Assembly (NCBI GenBank): GCA_016871175.1
Contig: VFZL01000001.1
Location: 64,218 to 128,217, forward strand
Direction: 5' to 3'
Origin: Acidimicrobiia bacterium
GTDB lineage: Bacteria > Acidobacteriota > Vicinamibacteria > Vicinamibacterales > CAVVIG01
Length of the DNA stretch: 64,000 nt
Notes under the pieces: generated by a model
The model's database searches: none
Told to the model about the DNA's origin: nothing
Seen by the model: only the letters and a program-made list of their open reading frames with translations
Position numbers and translations under genes: made by a program
In this document: piece by piece, positions 10,099 to 18,521 of the stretch
Layout of the letters: each line of letters begins with the position of its first letter
Position numbering within the stretch: the stretch's first letter is position 1

Positions 10099-10417
10099 CG
10101 TCGGTGGCCTCCGGGTTGGCTGCGGACTCGGTGAGCCGGACCACGGCCTCGCCCTTGACAAAACCCGCCTTGCCGGATCCGTCGACCAGGAGCCGATATG
10201 AGCGCGGCGGCTGTTTGTCGAGCAAGGCGACCGTGCCCGAGTACTGTCCGCTGATGGCGGCGATCGCCATCGACAGGCTCGCGCGATAGCGGTCTTCGCC
10301 CAGCGGCTCGAGCTTCTCGCAGCCTGGCAAGCAGGACGCGATGACTTCGGGATCGTTCAGCAGGGCCCACACGTGGTCGACAGGGGCATTGAAGGTGTAG
10401 GTGCCGGCGAGCTGCAT
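9962..10417 (-). CDS. coxG: SRPBCC-fold CoxG-like protein
   Basis: 151-aa ORF. MQLAGTYTFNAPVDHVWALLNDPEVIASCLPGCEKLE... is the characteristic CoxG/SRPBCC N-terminus. Confidence 0.8.
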   Translation of the reverse strand: MQLAGTYTFNAPVDHVWALLNDPEVIASCLPGCEKLEPLGEDRYRASLSMAIAAISGQYSGTVALLDKQPPRSYRLLVDGSGKAGFVKGEAVVRLTESAANPEATDVTVQGEGQVGGLIARVGQRLLGSVSQMMLDRFVAALREKAEARST

Positions 10418-10418
10418 C

Positions 10419-10799
10419 TCACTGATATTCTAGGCGGGTAAGCAGGGAGGCGGGTAGGTGTTCCGTTGACGACCTGTCTTCAACCCGCTGACCCGCCTGC
10501 CTGAGAAGCACGTACGTAAACCGCCCCTGAAGCCAAGCGGTGTCCGTGACCGGACCGTAGTGGCTGTCGATCGATTCGTCGAGGACGTGCGCGTAGTCGC
10601 CGCCGAGACGACCGATCTCCTGGTCGAGCCGAGCCTTGGCGTGGGCCATGAGCGTTTCGTGACACTGCGCCCAGAGCTCGTCGCGATGCGCCAATCCCCC
10701 TGGCACGCGATCGCTTTGTGCGTCGATGAAGTGCTCAGCGACAACCTCCCCGTCGAATGGAGGCAGTTCTCGATGCCAGAATACGCGCTGGTGGGCCAC
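10419..10799 (-). CDS. Hypothetical protein (126 aa), translationally coupled to coxG
   Basis: Non-junk composition rich in His/Trp/Asp/Glu. Its stop codon ends 1 nt before the coxG ATG. No family recognised. Confidence 0.45.
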   Translation of the reverse strand: MAHQRVFWHRELPPFDGEVVAEHFIDAQSDRVPGGLAHRDELWAQCHETLMAHAKARLDQEIGRLGGDYAHVLDESIDSHYGPVTDTAWLQGRFTYVLLRQAGQRVEDRSSTEHLPASLLTRLEYQ

Positions 10800-10857
10800 C
10801 TACCGTCCCTTCACCTGCTACCTGCCGACCTGCTTCCAACATCATATAATTACCAAC

Positions 10858-11400
10858 GTGTTGAAGCGGGCGGCGTCGCTGGCGATCGTCGTGTGCGCGG
10901 CGGGTCCAGCCGTCGTCCTCGCCCAGAAGATCTTTGTGAACCCCCATCCCGAAGAGCACCTGAAGGCGTTGTTCCCAGAAGCGGTTGCGTTCTCACCGAA
11001 GACCGGCGAGCCACCCGTGTTCAAGGCGTATGCGGCCGATCCCAAGAAAGACCCGCACGCCACGCCGATCGGCTATGCGTTCTGGACGCCGGAATTGGTG
11101 CCGAATGAGCACGGCTACCACGGACCGATTCACATGATCGTCGGCATGGATCTCACCGGCATCCTCACTGGTGTCATCGTCGACTACAACTCGGAGCCTT
11201 ACGGGTACTTCTCCGTGGACCTGCCGGAGTTCGCGGCGCAGTTCGCGGGCAAGAGCGTACGTGATCCGTTCAAGGCGGGCACCGACATCGCCGCGATATC
11301 GCGGGCGTCGATCACCATCAATAGTGCCGCTCGGGCCGTGCGCGACTCGTCGCGAATCGCTGCCCGCGTCCACCTCGATCCTGCTGCGGTGAAGCGGTGA
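10858..11400 (+). CDS. Periplasmic FMN-binding-domain protein (NosR/NirI N-terminal-like)
   Basis: GTG at 10858 gives a signal peptide, (M)LKRAASLAIVVCAAGPAVVLAQ. GYHGPIHMIVGMDLTGILTGVIVDYNSEPYGYF and the flavinylation-type motif DIAAISRASITINSA resemble the FMN_bind domain. Confidence 0.6.
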   Translation: MLKRAASLAIVVCAAGPAVVLAQKIFVNPHPEEHLKALFPEAVAFSPKTGEPPVFKAYAADPKKDPHATPIGYAFWTPELVPNEHGYHGPIHMIVGMDLTGILTGVIVDYNSEPYGYFSVDLPEFAAQFAGKSVRDPFKAGTDIAAISRASITINSAARAVRDSSRIAARVHLDPAAVKR

Positions 11401-12545
11401 GCCGGGTACCTCGTCATCGTGTGGCCGGGCTGACGCTTCTGGCGTGGCTCGTGACCGGCGTCGCCACGGACGGGCGGTTCGGCGCTGCACCAGTGGCGGC
11501 TCAGGAATTGACAGCGCGCCTCGCGCGACTCGAACAGCCGCCGACCACTTCCGTCGAGCCGGCCGATCCCGCCCGGCCGCCGAGCAGCCACGCCGAGCCC
11601 GCGCCCGCCGCACAGCCGCCGGGATCAGCCGGGGATGACGCGTGGGGATTCGAAGACGAGGAGGCGGAACAACAGGCGGAGACGTGGGTCGATCTTCTGC
11701 GACCGCAGCTGCTCGACGTCTCGCTCACGGTAGCGTTCTTGACGATCGCGCTCGTCAGCTTCTTTCGCAAGAGTCGCGCGCTGAAATACGTGACGCTAGC
11801 GCTCTCGGTCGGCTACTTAGGAATCGTCAAGAGCCAGATGGTGTCGATCACCGATATCTTCCGCTTGGCCGACCTCAATGTTCCGACATTTCGAGACGGC
11901 GTCACGTGGTATGTGTTCACGGGGTTCGCGGTCGTTTCGACCGTGCTCTGGGGTCGCGTGTATTGCGGGCGCATCTGCGCGTTCGGCGCGTTCACGCAGC
12001 TCATGGATGCAATCCTGCCGAAGAAGCTGCGCCTTGAGCCGCCAAGATGGCTGGAGCGTCGAGCCTCCTGGATCAAGTACGGGTTGCTCGCCTCGACCGT
12101 CACGTACTACCTAGTCACGAAGCACTTCGCCATCTACCGCTATGTTGAGCCGTTCTGGATGTATGCGCGCACCGCCGATGTGGTGCTGTGGAGCATGCTC
12201 GGGACGTTGCTCCTCGCTACGGTGTTTGTTCGGAACATGTACTGTCGCTTCCTCTGTCCCGTGGGCGCCACGCTCGGTATCATCTCGCTGGCGACGGTCT
12301 TCGGGATCAAGCGCTGGTCGGAGTGCAAGGCCTGCAAGATCTGCGAGAAGACCTGTGAGTGGGGTGCCATCGAGGGGCCGCGGATCATCAAGACGGAGTG
12401 TGTGCGCTGCGACGACTGCGAGCGGGTCTACGCGGACCAGCAGAAGTGCCCCCACTGGCTGATCCCTGTCATCCGCAGCCGCAAGATCGCCGAGGCGCAA
12501 GCCGCGGGCCGTCCCATTCCCCAGTTCATTCCTCAGGTCGACTAA
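11397..12545 (+). CDS. Membrane polyferredoxin (NosR/NapH/MauN-like, 4Fe-4S binding)
   Basis: GTG at 11397 overlaps the upstream stop (GTGA). Several TM segments. Membrane Cys motifs CGRICAFGAF and YCRFLCPVGA. C-terminal ferredoxin motifs CKACKICEKTCEWGAI and CVRCDDCERVY. Confidence 0.75.
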   Translation: MSRVPRHRVAGLTLLAWLVTGVATDGRFGAAPVAAQELTARLARLEQPPTTSVEPADPARPPSSHAEPAPAAQPPGSAGDDAWGFEDEEAEQQAETWVDLLRPQLLDVSLTVAFLTIALVSFFRKSRALKYVTLALSVGYLGIVKSQMVSITDIFRLADLNVPTFRDGVTWYVFTGFAVVSTVLWGRVYCGRICAFGAFTQLMDAILPKKLRLEPPRWLERRASWIKYGLLASTVTYYLVTKHFAIYRYVEPFWMYARTADVVLWSMLGTLLLATVFVRNMYCRFLCPVGATLGIISLATVFGIKRWSECKACKICEKTCEWGAIEGPRIIKTECVRCDDCERVYADQQKCPHWLIPVIRSRKIAEAQAAGRPIPQFIPQVD

Positions 12546-12697
12546 CAAGCGACTCTGCACCAGCACCCTCGTCGCTCTGCCTCGGCGGTTTGAGGCGCGG
12601 CTTCGTGGGGGCCCGTCAGGAAATACGTGCGGCATCTTGGCCGCCCGATGCATCCCGCCTCGCGGCGTGGCTCGTCAGTTACATGCACCCGGGATGA

Positions 12698-13564
12698 GTG
12701 GGGTTCATGGGTTCCAGCGACCAATCTGAGCTCTTCTTGCCGTCGTCCGCGCATGATCCTGGTGTGGGGCTTCGGTCGCCGGAGTGGGTCGCATTGGGCT
12801 ATTTCGCCGTCCTTGCGCTCATCGCCCTGAGCCGCAAGCGGCCGCGTGCGCTTGTTGGGAGTGCGCTCGCAGCGTTCACGGTGGTGGTGGTCGCACGGGT
12901 GCCGGAGTGGTTCGGCCAGATCTCAGCCGTTCATCTCGGGTGGATCCGCGACTGGGCGCCTCCGGTCTTCGTGCTCCTCGGCTATTGGATGCCTGCGCAA
13001 CTCCTGAAGGGGGTTCACCTTGGCTTCGAGCGATGGCTGCTCGACAGCGATCATCGGTGGATCGGCGGGCTGTTGCGCCGTGCCGAGCGAGCCCCCAGAC
13101 TCCTGGTCGAGCTCGCGGAGGCGGCATACCTGTGCTGCTATCCCATGATTCCCGGCGGGATGGTCCTGCCGCTGGTAGGAGGGTACGAGTCTGCAAGCGA
13201 CCGGTACTGGACCGCGCTGATATGGGCGGCGGCACTCTCCTATGGCCCGCTGGCGTTTGCCGTGTCTCGGCCGCCTCGAGTGTTGGAGCCAAGGTCAAGC
13301 AACGCGACGAATTCAACGATCAGACGGCTTAACCTGTTCGTTCTCGGCCGCGCGAGCGTGCAGTTGAACACGTGTCCCAGTGGACACGTGGCGACCGCCG
13401 TGGCCGCCACTTTGGCCGTGTGGAGCGTCTGGCCCGCCGCCGGCATTGCGCTGGGCGTCCTCACTGCCCTCATCGCGATCGCCAGCGTCACCGGTCGATA
13501 CCACTACGCGTTTGATGCGATCACCGGGGTTGCCGTGGGCGCCGTCGGATTCGCGCTCTCTTGA
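12698..13564 (+). CDS. PAP2-superfamily membrane phosphatase-like protein
   Basis: Polytopic 288-aa ORF. PSGH and GRYHYAFD match PAP2 motifs C2/C3. The start could be the second ATG at 12707. Confidence 0.55.
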   Translation: MGFMGSSDQSELFLPSSAHDPGVGLRSPEWVALGYFAVLALIALSRKRPRALVGSALAAFTVVVVARVPEWFGQISAVHLGWIRDWAPPVFVLLGYWMPAQLLKGVHLGFERWLLDSDHRWIGGLLRRAERAPRLLVELAEAAYLCCYPMIPGGMVLPLVGGYESASDRYWTALIWAAALSYGPLAFAVSRPPRVLEPRSSNATNSTIRRLNLFVLGRASVQLNTCPSGHVATAVAATLAVWSVWPAAGIALGVLTALIAIASVTGRYHYAFDAITGVAVGAVGFALS

Positions 13565-13600
13565 GAGCGGCAGATGGCATGCACTCCCACACCGAACCTC

Positions 13601-14653
13601 TCAAGGCGTATCAGTCGGCGGCCCGATCTGCGTGAACCTCCCCTGAAGCCCACTGGACACCAGAACCTGATTCGAGTCTGTGACTATGACCGCTTCGACA
13701 TCGGGAAGGCGTTCGACGAGTGCCATCCCGCGAGCTGGACCCAGGATGAAGACACCCGTGGAGAGGCCATCGGCCAACACCGGTCGGTTCGTCACGACCG
13801 TGACGCTACGGGTGCCTTTCGCAGGGTAGCCGGTCGACGGATCGATCAGGTGGTGGTAGCGGATGCCGTCCTTGACGAAGCTCCGCTCGTAGTCACCCGA
13901 GGTGCTGAATGTGCCGTCGCTGAGGTCCAGTGTGCCAAAGCTTTGCGTCGGCTTACGTGGATCGGCGACGCCGAGTCGCCAGGGCTGACCTTGTGAGAAG
14001 CCAGCGACATACAGATCGCCGCCGGATTGAATCATGAAGTCGCGATAGCCGCGATCGCGCAGCAACGCCGCCGATCGCTCGACGGCGTATCCCTTGCCGA
14101 TCCCACCCAAATGAATCCGCATGCCTGCCTTCTCGAGCAGCACCGTGTGCCCGGGTTCGTCGATCCGCACTGCCCGGTAGTTCACGAGCGGGTGCCGCGC
14201 CTCGATTTGCTCGCGCGTCGGCACGCGATTGTCCTGGTCGTGGTCGAAGCGCCACACATCAGACAGCGCGCCGAACGTGACGTCGAACGCTCCTTCGGTC
14301 CACTCGCTAATCCGTCGCGCAGTGTTGAGGACCGCAATCGTGTCCTCGCTGACCGTCACCCCATCGACGCCGGCCGCGCCGTTGATCCGTTGAACGTCGC
14401 TCCCGTCCTTCCACACGCTCAACAGCCGATCGAGCCGATCGAACTCCGCGAAGACAGCATCGAACGCCGAGCGGGCCGACTCCGGATCCGACGAAAACAC
14501 CCGAACCCTGAGCTGCGACCCCATCGCCAACCCGACGCGTTCGACGGGCGGTGCACCAGCGTGCGGTGAAGACCGCTCGGTTGAGCACCCAGTGAGAAGG
14601 AGCGCTGCGATCCCAACCAGCCCCACCCGGCCTGCCAGTCTTACCCGGCCCAT
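13601..14653 (-). CDS. apbE: FAD:protein FMN transferase (ApbE), lipoprotein
   Basis: ATG at 14653 gives MGRVRLAGRVGLVGIAALLLTGCS (lipobox LTGC). GIGKGYAVERSA, TSGDYERSF and HHLIDPSTGYPA are ApbE signatures. The track ORF's 260-codon N-terminal extension is out-of-frame overlap of the upstream gene. Confidence 0.85.
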   Translation of the reverse strand: MGRVRLAGRVGLVGIAALLLTGCSTERSSPHAGAPPVERVGLAMGSQLRVRVFSSDPESARSAFDAVFAEFDRLDRLLSVWKDGSDVQRINGAAGVDGVTVSEDTIAVLNTARRISEWTEGAFDVTFGALSDVWRFDHDQDNRVPTREQIEARHPLVNYRAVRIDEPGHTVLLEKAGMRIHLGGIGKGYAVERSAALLRDRGYRDFMIQSGGDLYVAGFSQGQPWRLGVADPRKPTQSFGTLDLSDGTFSTSGDYERSFVKDGIRYHHLIDPSTGYPAKGTRSVTVVTNRPVLADGLSTGVFILGPARGMALVERLPDVEAVIVTDSNQVLVSSGLQGRFTQIGPPTDTP

Positions 14654-14655
14654 GA

Positions 14656-16923
14656 CTAGAACCGCAGCAACCGCGTGACCTTGACAGCGACGGATCGGTT
14701 CTGCAGCGCAGGGGAGATCGGCGTCGGCAGCGTGTTGCGGACGTCGCTGTAGACGACGAAGAGCTCGCTGGCGGGAAGGTATTCCCAGCGGAGGCGCACG
14801 CTCGAGCTCAGGGCGTGGGGAACGGCGTTGTATTGGAGCAGGCTGCTGACCGAAAGGCGAGGTGAGGGCGTGACGACGAGGCGCGAGTTGATGAGCCGTG
14901 TGGTGAAGTCGCCAAACGGGAGTCGGACCCAATTGATGGTGACGCCAGGCTCGATCGCCACGTGTCGGCTGACGGCGACGCGTCCGGTGTAGATGGCGTC
15001 CGTCTTCGTGCCGTCGTAGAAGGATCCCCGCGCGACGGTGACGCGACCAGATACGCGCCTTTGCTGCCCCAGGGCGTACGACGTCCGCAGCCCCTGGTAG
15101 TCGTAGCTCCGTGCTGGGATACTGACTCCGGTCGAGATGGTGAACGCCTGGGGAATGAGCTCGTAGTCCCGTGTGTACTCGACGGTCACCTGGTCGCTGT
15201 TCTGGAAGTCCGTCTGGAACTGTCCGCTGTAAGTGCGATTCTGTAACTGCGTGGCCTGCGCGTTCGTGATGTAGTCGAGCGATGCCGTGTAGTAGAACTT
15301 CCGCACGAGATTCCGGCGTCTGGGACGAGGACTGTAGCGTGCTTCGAGCGTGGTCTTGCGGAAGTCCAGCCGACGAGCGAACCCGAGCTGCGGATCGAAT
15401 TGTGGTCCGACGAGCAGATGGTCGGTGGTCCATCCGAATCGGTCTCCGGCGTACTCGAATCGTCCGCGGTAGCTGGCGCTGCCCTCGCTCGGCGTTCCCG
15501 AGGTATCCGTTCTCGCGTAGTACATGTTGGCGGTGACGTTCGCGAAGAGGAAGAGATTCGAATCGACGCCGGCCAGCGTGCTCTGCTCACCTGAGAGCGG
15601 GTGGCGATGTGTGCCGACAAAACCGATGTTGCTGCGACGCAGCACATCGCGCTTGATCCGGACCGCAGTGAAGTTCGTGGTCACGGCGGCGGCGTAGGCC
15701 TTGTCCCCAGTCTGGATGTTGACGCCGCCCATGCTGTAGCGTCCAGATCGGCCGGTCACGCGCCCGCCTCCCAGCACCGGAACGGCTTGGCCATTCGTAA
15801 GGCCGATACGACGGCTGAAGAACATGATGGGCACGTCGCCGGGCGAGCCGCTGCCGAACGACGCACCACCGAACGCAAAGATCCCTTGGCCCTCGAGGAA
15901 GAAGTCGCGCTTCTCCGGAAAGAAGAGATTGAAACGCGTCAAGTTCACTTGCTGGACGTCTTCCTCCACCTGTGCAAAGTCCGTGTTCACCGTGACGTCG
16001 GCGATCAGGCTCCGCGTCAGGCCGTACTTGAAGTCCATCCCCGCATTCGGCGTGAATCGATTGCTGAAGCGGGGCCGGGCGGTGTTGTCGGTCGTTAGGG
16101 TGGAGACGCCATACGGCTTGAACTCGAGGTTCTTCGACTGCCGCGGCGTCTCGAGTCCGACGAGCGTACCCGCGTTGTTCATCCGGCCAATCGCGTTCCC
16201 CGTGCCGAACGCGCGAGGCATCGCCGTCAGGTACGAGAACTCGTTCTTCCACTTCACGATGCGACGGAAGTTGATGCCCCACACCTGCGGGCCGGAGCCC
16301 AGGTAGCGGAGTGTCTTGAACGGAATCACCATTTCCAGCGTCCAGCCCCTGTCGAACCGTCCGGTCCGGACGTTCCACACGCCGTTCCAGCTCGTGCTAA
16401 GCTGATCGTCGACGATGCTCTGGTCGCGGAAGGCGCCGAGGGCGTTGGTCTGAAAGAAGAAGCCGTTTCGATGATCGTAGAAGGTGTCGAAGACGACGGT
16501 GAAGTTCTCATTCTGAATGATGTTGTTGTGATCGCGGCGGAGCTCGGTCAGAACGTCGAGATCCGGTCGACTGTCGTAACAGCGGGCCGACACGTAGAGA
16601 TTGCGATCGTCGTACAGCAGCCAGACCTCGGTCGGCTCGGTTGCGGGAGCGCCTTCAACGGGTTCCTGCTGGATGAAGCCTCCAATCGGTTGGACGTCGA
16701 GATACGTCTCGTCGTCCAGGCGGCCATCGATGACTGGCGCGCGCGCGACCCGCGTCGCTCGGACGATCACCGCCCCGTCGTCGCCTCTCGTGACGACTTC
16801 CGGTGGCACAGGTGCGTCGGCGACATCTTGGGCGTGAAGTGGAAAGGGAAGCCAGGCGATGACGGCCAGGAGCAGGTAGACGAATCGCCGAAACGTCACA
16901 TGCGCTGCGAACCTGGTGATCAT
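14656..16923 (-). CDS. Large secreted/outer-membrane protein, CBM9-like N-domain plus putative beta-barrel (DUF5916-like)
   Basis: ATG at 16923 gives a signal-like MITRFAAHVTFRRFVYLLLAVIAWLPFPLHAQD. VIDGRLDDETYLDVQPIGGFIQQEP...LYVSARCYD is typical of this family. Alternating beta-strand pattern with a C-terminal ...TRLLRF. TAG stop lies 2 nt before the apbE ATG. Confidence 0.6.
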   Translation of the reverse strand: MITRFAAHVTFRRFVYLLLAVIAWLPFPLHAQDVADAPVPPEVVTRGDDGAVIVRATRVARAPVIDGRLDDETYLDVQPIGGFIQQEPVEGAPATEPTEVWLLYDDRNLYVSARCYDSRPDLDVLTELRRDHNNIIQNENFTVVFDTFYDHRNGFFFQTNALGAFRDQSIVDDQLSTSWNGVWNVRTGRFDRGWTLEMVIPFKTLRYLGSGPQVWGINFRRIVKWKNEFSYLTAMPRAFGTGNAIGRMNNAGTLVGLETPRQSKNLEFKPYGVSTLTTDNTARPRFSNRFTPNAGMDFKYGLTRSLIADVTVNTDFAQVEEDVQQVNLTRFNLFFPEKRDFFLEGQGIFAFGGASFGSGSPGDVPIMFFSRRIGLTNGQAVPVLGGGRVTGRSGRYSMGGVNIQTGDKAYAAAVTTNFTAVRIKRDVLRRSNIGFVGTHRHPLSGEQSTLAGVDSNLFLFANVTANMYYARTDTSGTPSEGSASYRGRFEYAGDRFGWTTDHLLVGPQFDPQLGFARRLDFRKTTLEARYSPRPRRRNLVRKFYYTASLDYITNAQATQLQNRTYSGQFQTDFQNSDQVTVEYTRDYELIPQAFTISTGVSIPARSYDYQGLRTSYALGQQRRVSGRVTVARGSFYDGTKTDAIYTGRVAVSRHVAIEPGVTINWVRLPFGDFTTRLINSRLVVTPSPRLSVSSLLQYNAVPHALSSSVRLRWEYLPASELFVVYSDVRNTLPTPISPALQNRSVAVKVTRLLRF

Positions 16924-17046
16924 GCCGCGCTGGTTGTCGTGAGCAACGGACGACAGAATACCGCAGTCGGGCGCGAGGCGGAGAGGGCGGCAGGTCGGAG
17001 ATCGAGTGGGAGACTCGAAGTCAGCCATCCATGGTGAGCAATGACC

Positions 17047-17223
17047 TCAAAGCAGTCGAAGCGACCATTGATGGCGGAGCCAGTGCAGGGTATCCAGCAC
17101 TGAGGAGTCGAGGATGTCGAGTGCCCGCGCCGGACCGCCCATGAACGCCACGGCCAGCACGGTCAAGACGAGCACGGGGATCATGAACAGCAGCAGATCG
17201 GATTCGACGCCGGACGTACGCAT
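17047..17223 (-). CDS. Small membrane protein (58 aa), below the ORF-track cutoff
   Basis: ATG at 17223 immediately follows the TAG of the VWA gene (TAGATG). Product is MRTSGVESDLLLFMIPVLVLTVLAVAFMGGPARALDILDSSVLDTLHWLRHQWSLRLL, with one clear TM helix and roughly 80 percent GC3 by hand count. TGA at 17049-17047. Confidence 0.4.
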   Translation of the reverse strand: MRTSGVESDLLLFMIPVLVLTVLAVAFMGGPARALDILDSSVLDTLHWLRHQWSLRLL

Positions 17224-18447
17224 CTATGGACCCTTTCCCACGGCGTCCTCCGGCGCATAGTACCCGCCACGCGACCGGACGACGGTGTCTGGCGCCACGC
17301 TCTTGATCGCCACCTTACGCCACTTGCCGTCCCGATCCGTGTTGGTAGAGGAGTACGACAAGACGTATCGCCTGCGCAGGTTCTCCACGATGCGCTGGTA
17401 CTCGACGCCAAGCGTCGACACGTCCGATGGGAACAGCGCAAGCCCTCCGGTGGCGTTCGCCAGCGCTGTGAGCCGCTCGCGATCGACATTCGGCCCCATC
17501 CCAATGGCGAAGATCGTCGCGTCGATCTCGAACGCCAATCTTTGGATCTCGGGAAAGGGTCGAACGCTTCCCGGCGCCGTGCCGGCATCGTTCTCGTCTC
17601 GCCCATCCGTCAGCGCCACCAGCGCGCGTCGACCCTGGACACGCTGCAGACGCTCCATTCCGAGTGCCAGCGCGTCATACAGGGCGGTTCCGCCCTTGGG
17701 GACATACTGGTCGATCGCGGCGCCGGCGTCCTCTCGATCCTTGGTGAGGTCTTGCACGAGCTCCGGGCGGTCGGCGAACAGCGCGACGCCCAGGCTGTCT
17801 TCCTTTCTGATAGCTCCCACGAAGCGATAGGCAGCCTCCTTGACTGCATCACCCACGCGTTTCATGCTGCCGCTCTGGTCGAGCACGAGCACCAGTGAAA
17901 CGGGAGCCGTGGCTTCCTGGAAGCTGTCCACGAACTGCTCGACGCCGTCTTCCGTGACGACGAGGTCATCGCGCGAAATCTCGAGGTTGCGGTTCGTGGC
18001 GTCGCTGACGGTGAACTCCAACATCGGACGGACGGGTGAGGCGTCAGGCGCAAAATAGCCGGTGCGCGTGCGTACGACGCGTCCCTCGCCGGCGCTGACG
18101 GAGATAGCCCGCCAAGCTCCGTCGCGTCGCTGGTTACTCGGCGTGTACCCAAGTAGATATCGCTGACGAACATCCGTCGCGATGTGGTCGTAGACGGCCG
18201 GAAGCTCGGTATCCCGATACGGGAAGAAGGCTCGCCCGCCGCTCTGGCGCGCAAGCCGGCGCAGGAATCGCTCGCCCTTGATGGAGACGCCAGCAACGCC
18301 GCCGATCCCGACGACGGACGTCGTCGTGGCGCATTGCTTGAGGACTTCGAGCGTGTCGGTTTCCGTCTGTTCGCTCCGTTCGTCGTAACCATCGGTCAGC
18401 ACCACCACTTCGAAGAGGACTTTAGTCCGCCCAGTCGGCTTTCCCAC
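17224..18447 (-). CDS. VWA-domain protein: partial first VWA module fused to a complete second module
   Basis: GTG at 18447 follows AAGGAA. The second module has MIDAS VLVLDQSGSM and LVALTDGRDEND. The first module begins at the ...VVVLTDGYDE strand. Upstream track codons (18645-18448) are out-of-frame overlap of the UbiD-family gene. Confidence 0.65.
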   Translation of the reverse strand: MGKPTGRTKVLFEVVVLTDGYDERSEQTETDTLEVLKQCATTTSVVGIGGVAGVSIKGERFLRRLARQSGGRAFFPYRDTELPAVYDHIATDVRQRYLLGYTPSNQRRDGAWRAISVSAGEGRVVRTRTGYFAPDASPVRPMLEFTVSDATNRNLEISRDDLVVTEDGVEQFVDSFQEATAPVSLVLVLDQSGSMKRVGDAVKEAAYRFVGAIRKEDSLGVALFADRPELVQDLTKDREDAGAAIDQYVPKGGTALYDALALGMERLQRVQGRRALVALTDGRDENDAGTAPGSVRPFPEIQRLAFEIDATIFAIGMGPNVDRERLTALANATGGLALFPSDVSTLGVEYQRIVENLRRRYVLSYSSTNTDRDGKWRKVAIKSVAPDTVVRSRGGYYAPEDAVGKGP

Positions 18448-18521
18448 GTGATTCCTTGCGACCCAGGACCCACACGGCACCGCACGGAAGGACGTGCGGC
18501 TCCCGGTTCTCGCACCTCCGT

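Noticed and set aside
14654-15433. N-terminal 260 codons of track ORF 13601..15433
   Set aside because: They overlap the DUF5916-like gene out of frame and are Arg-rich. ApbE homology and a lipoprotein signal start at the ATG at 14653.
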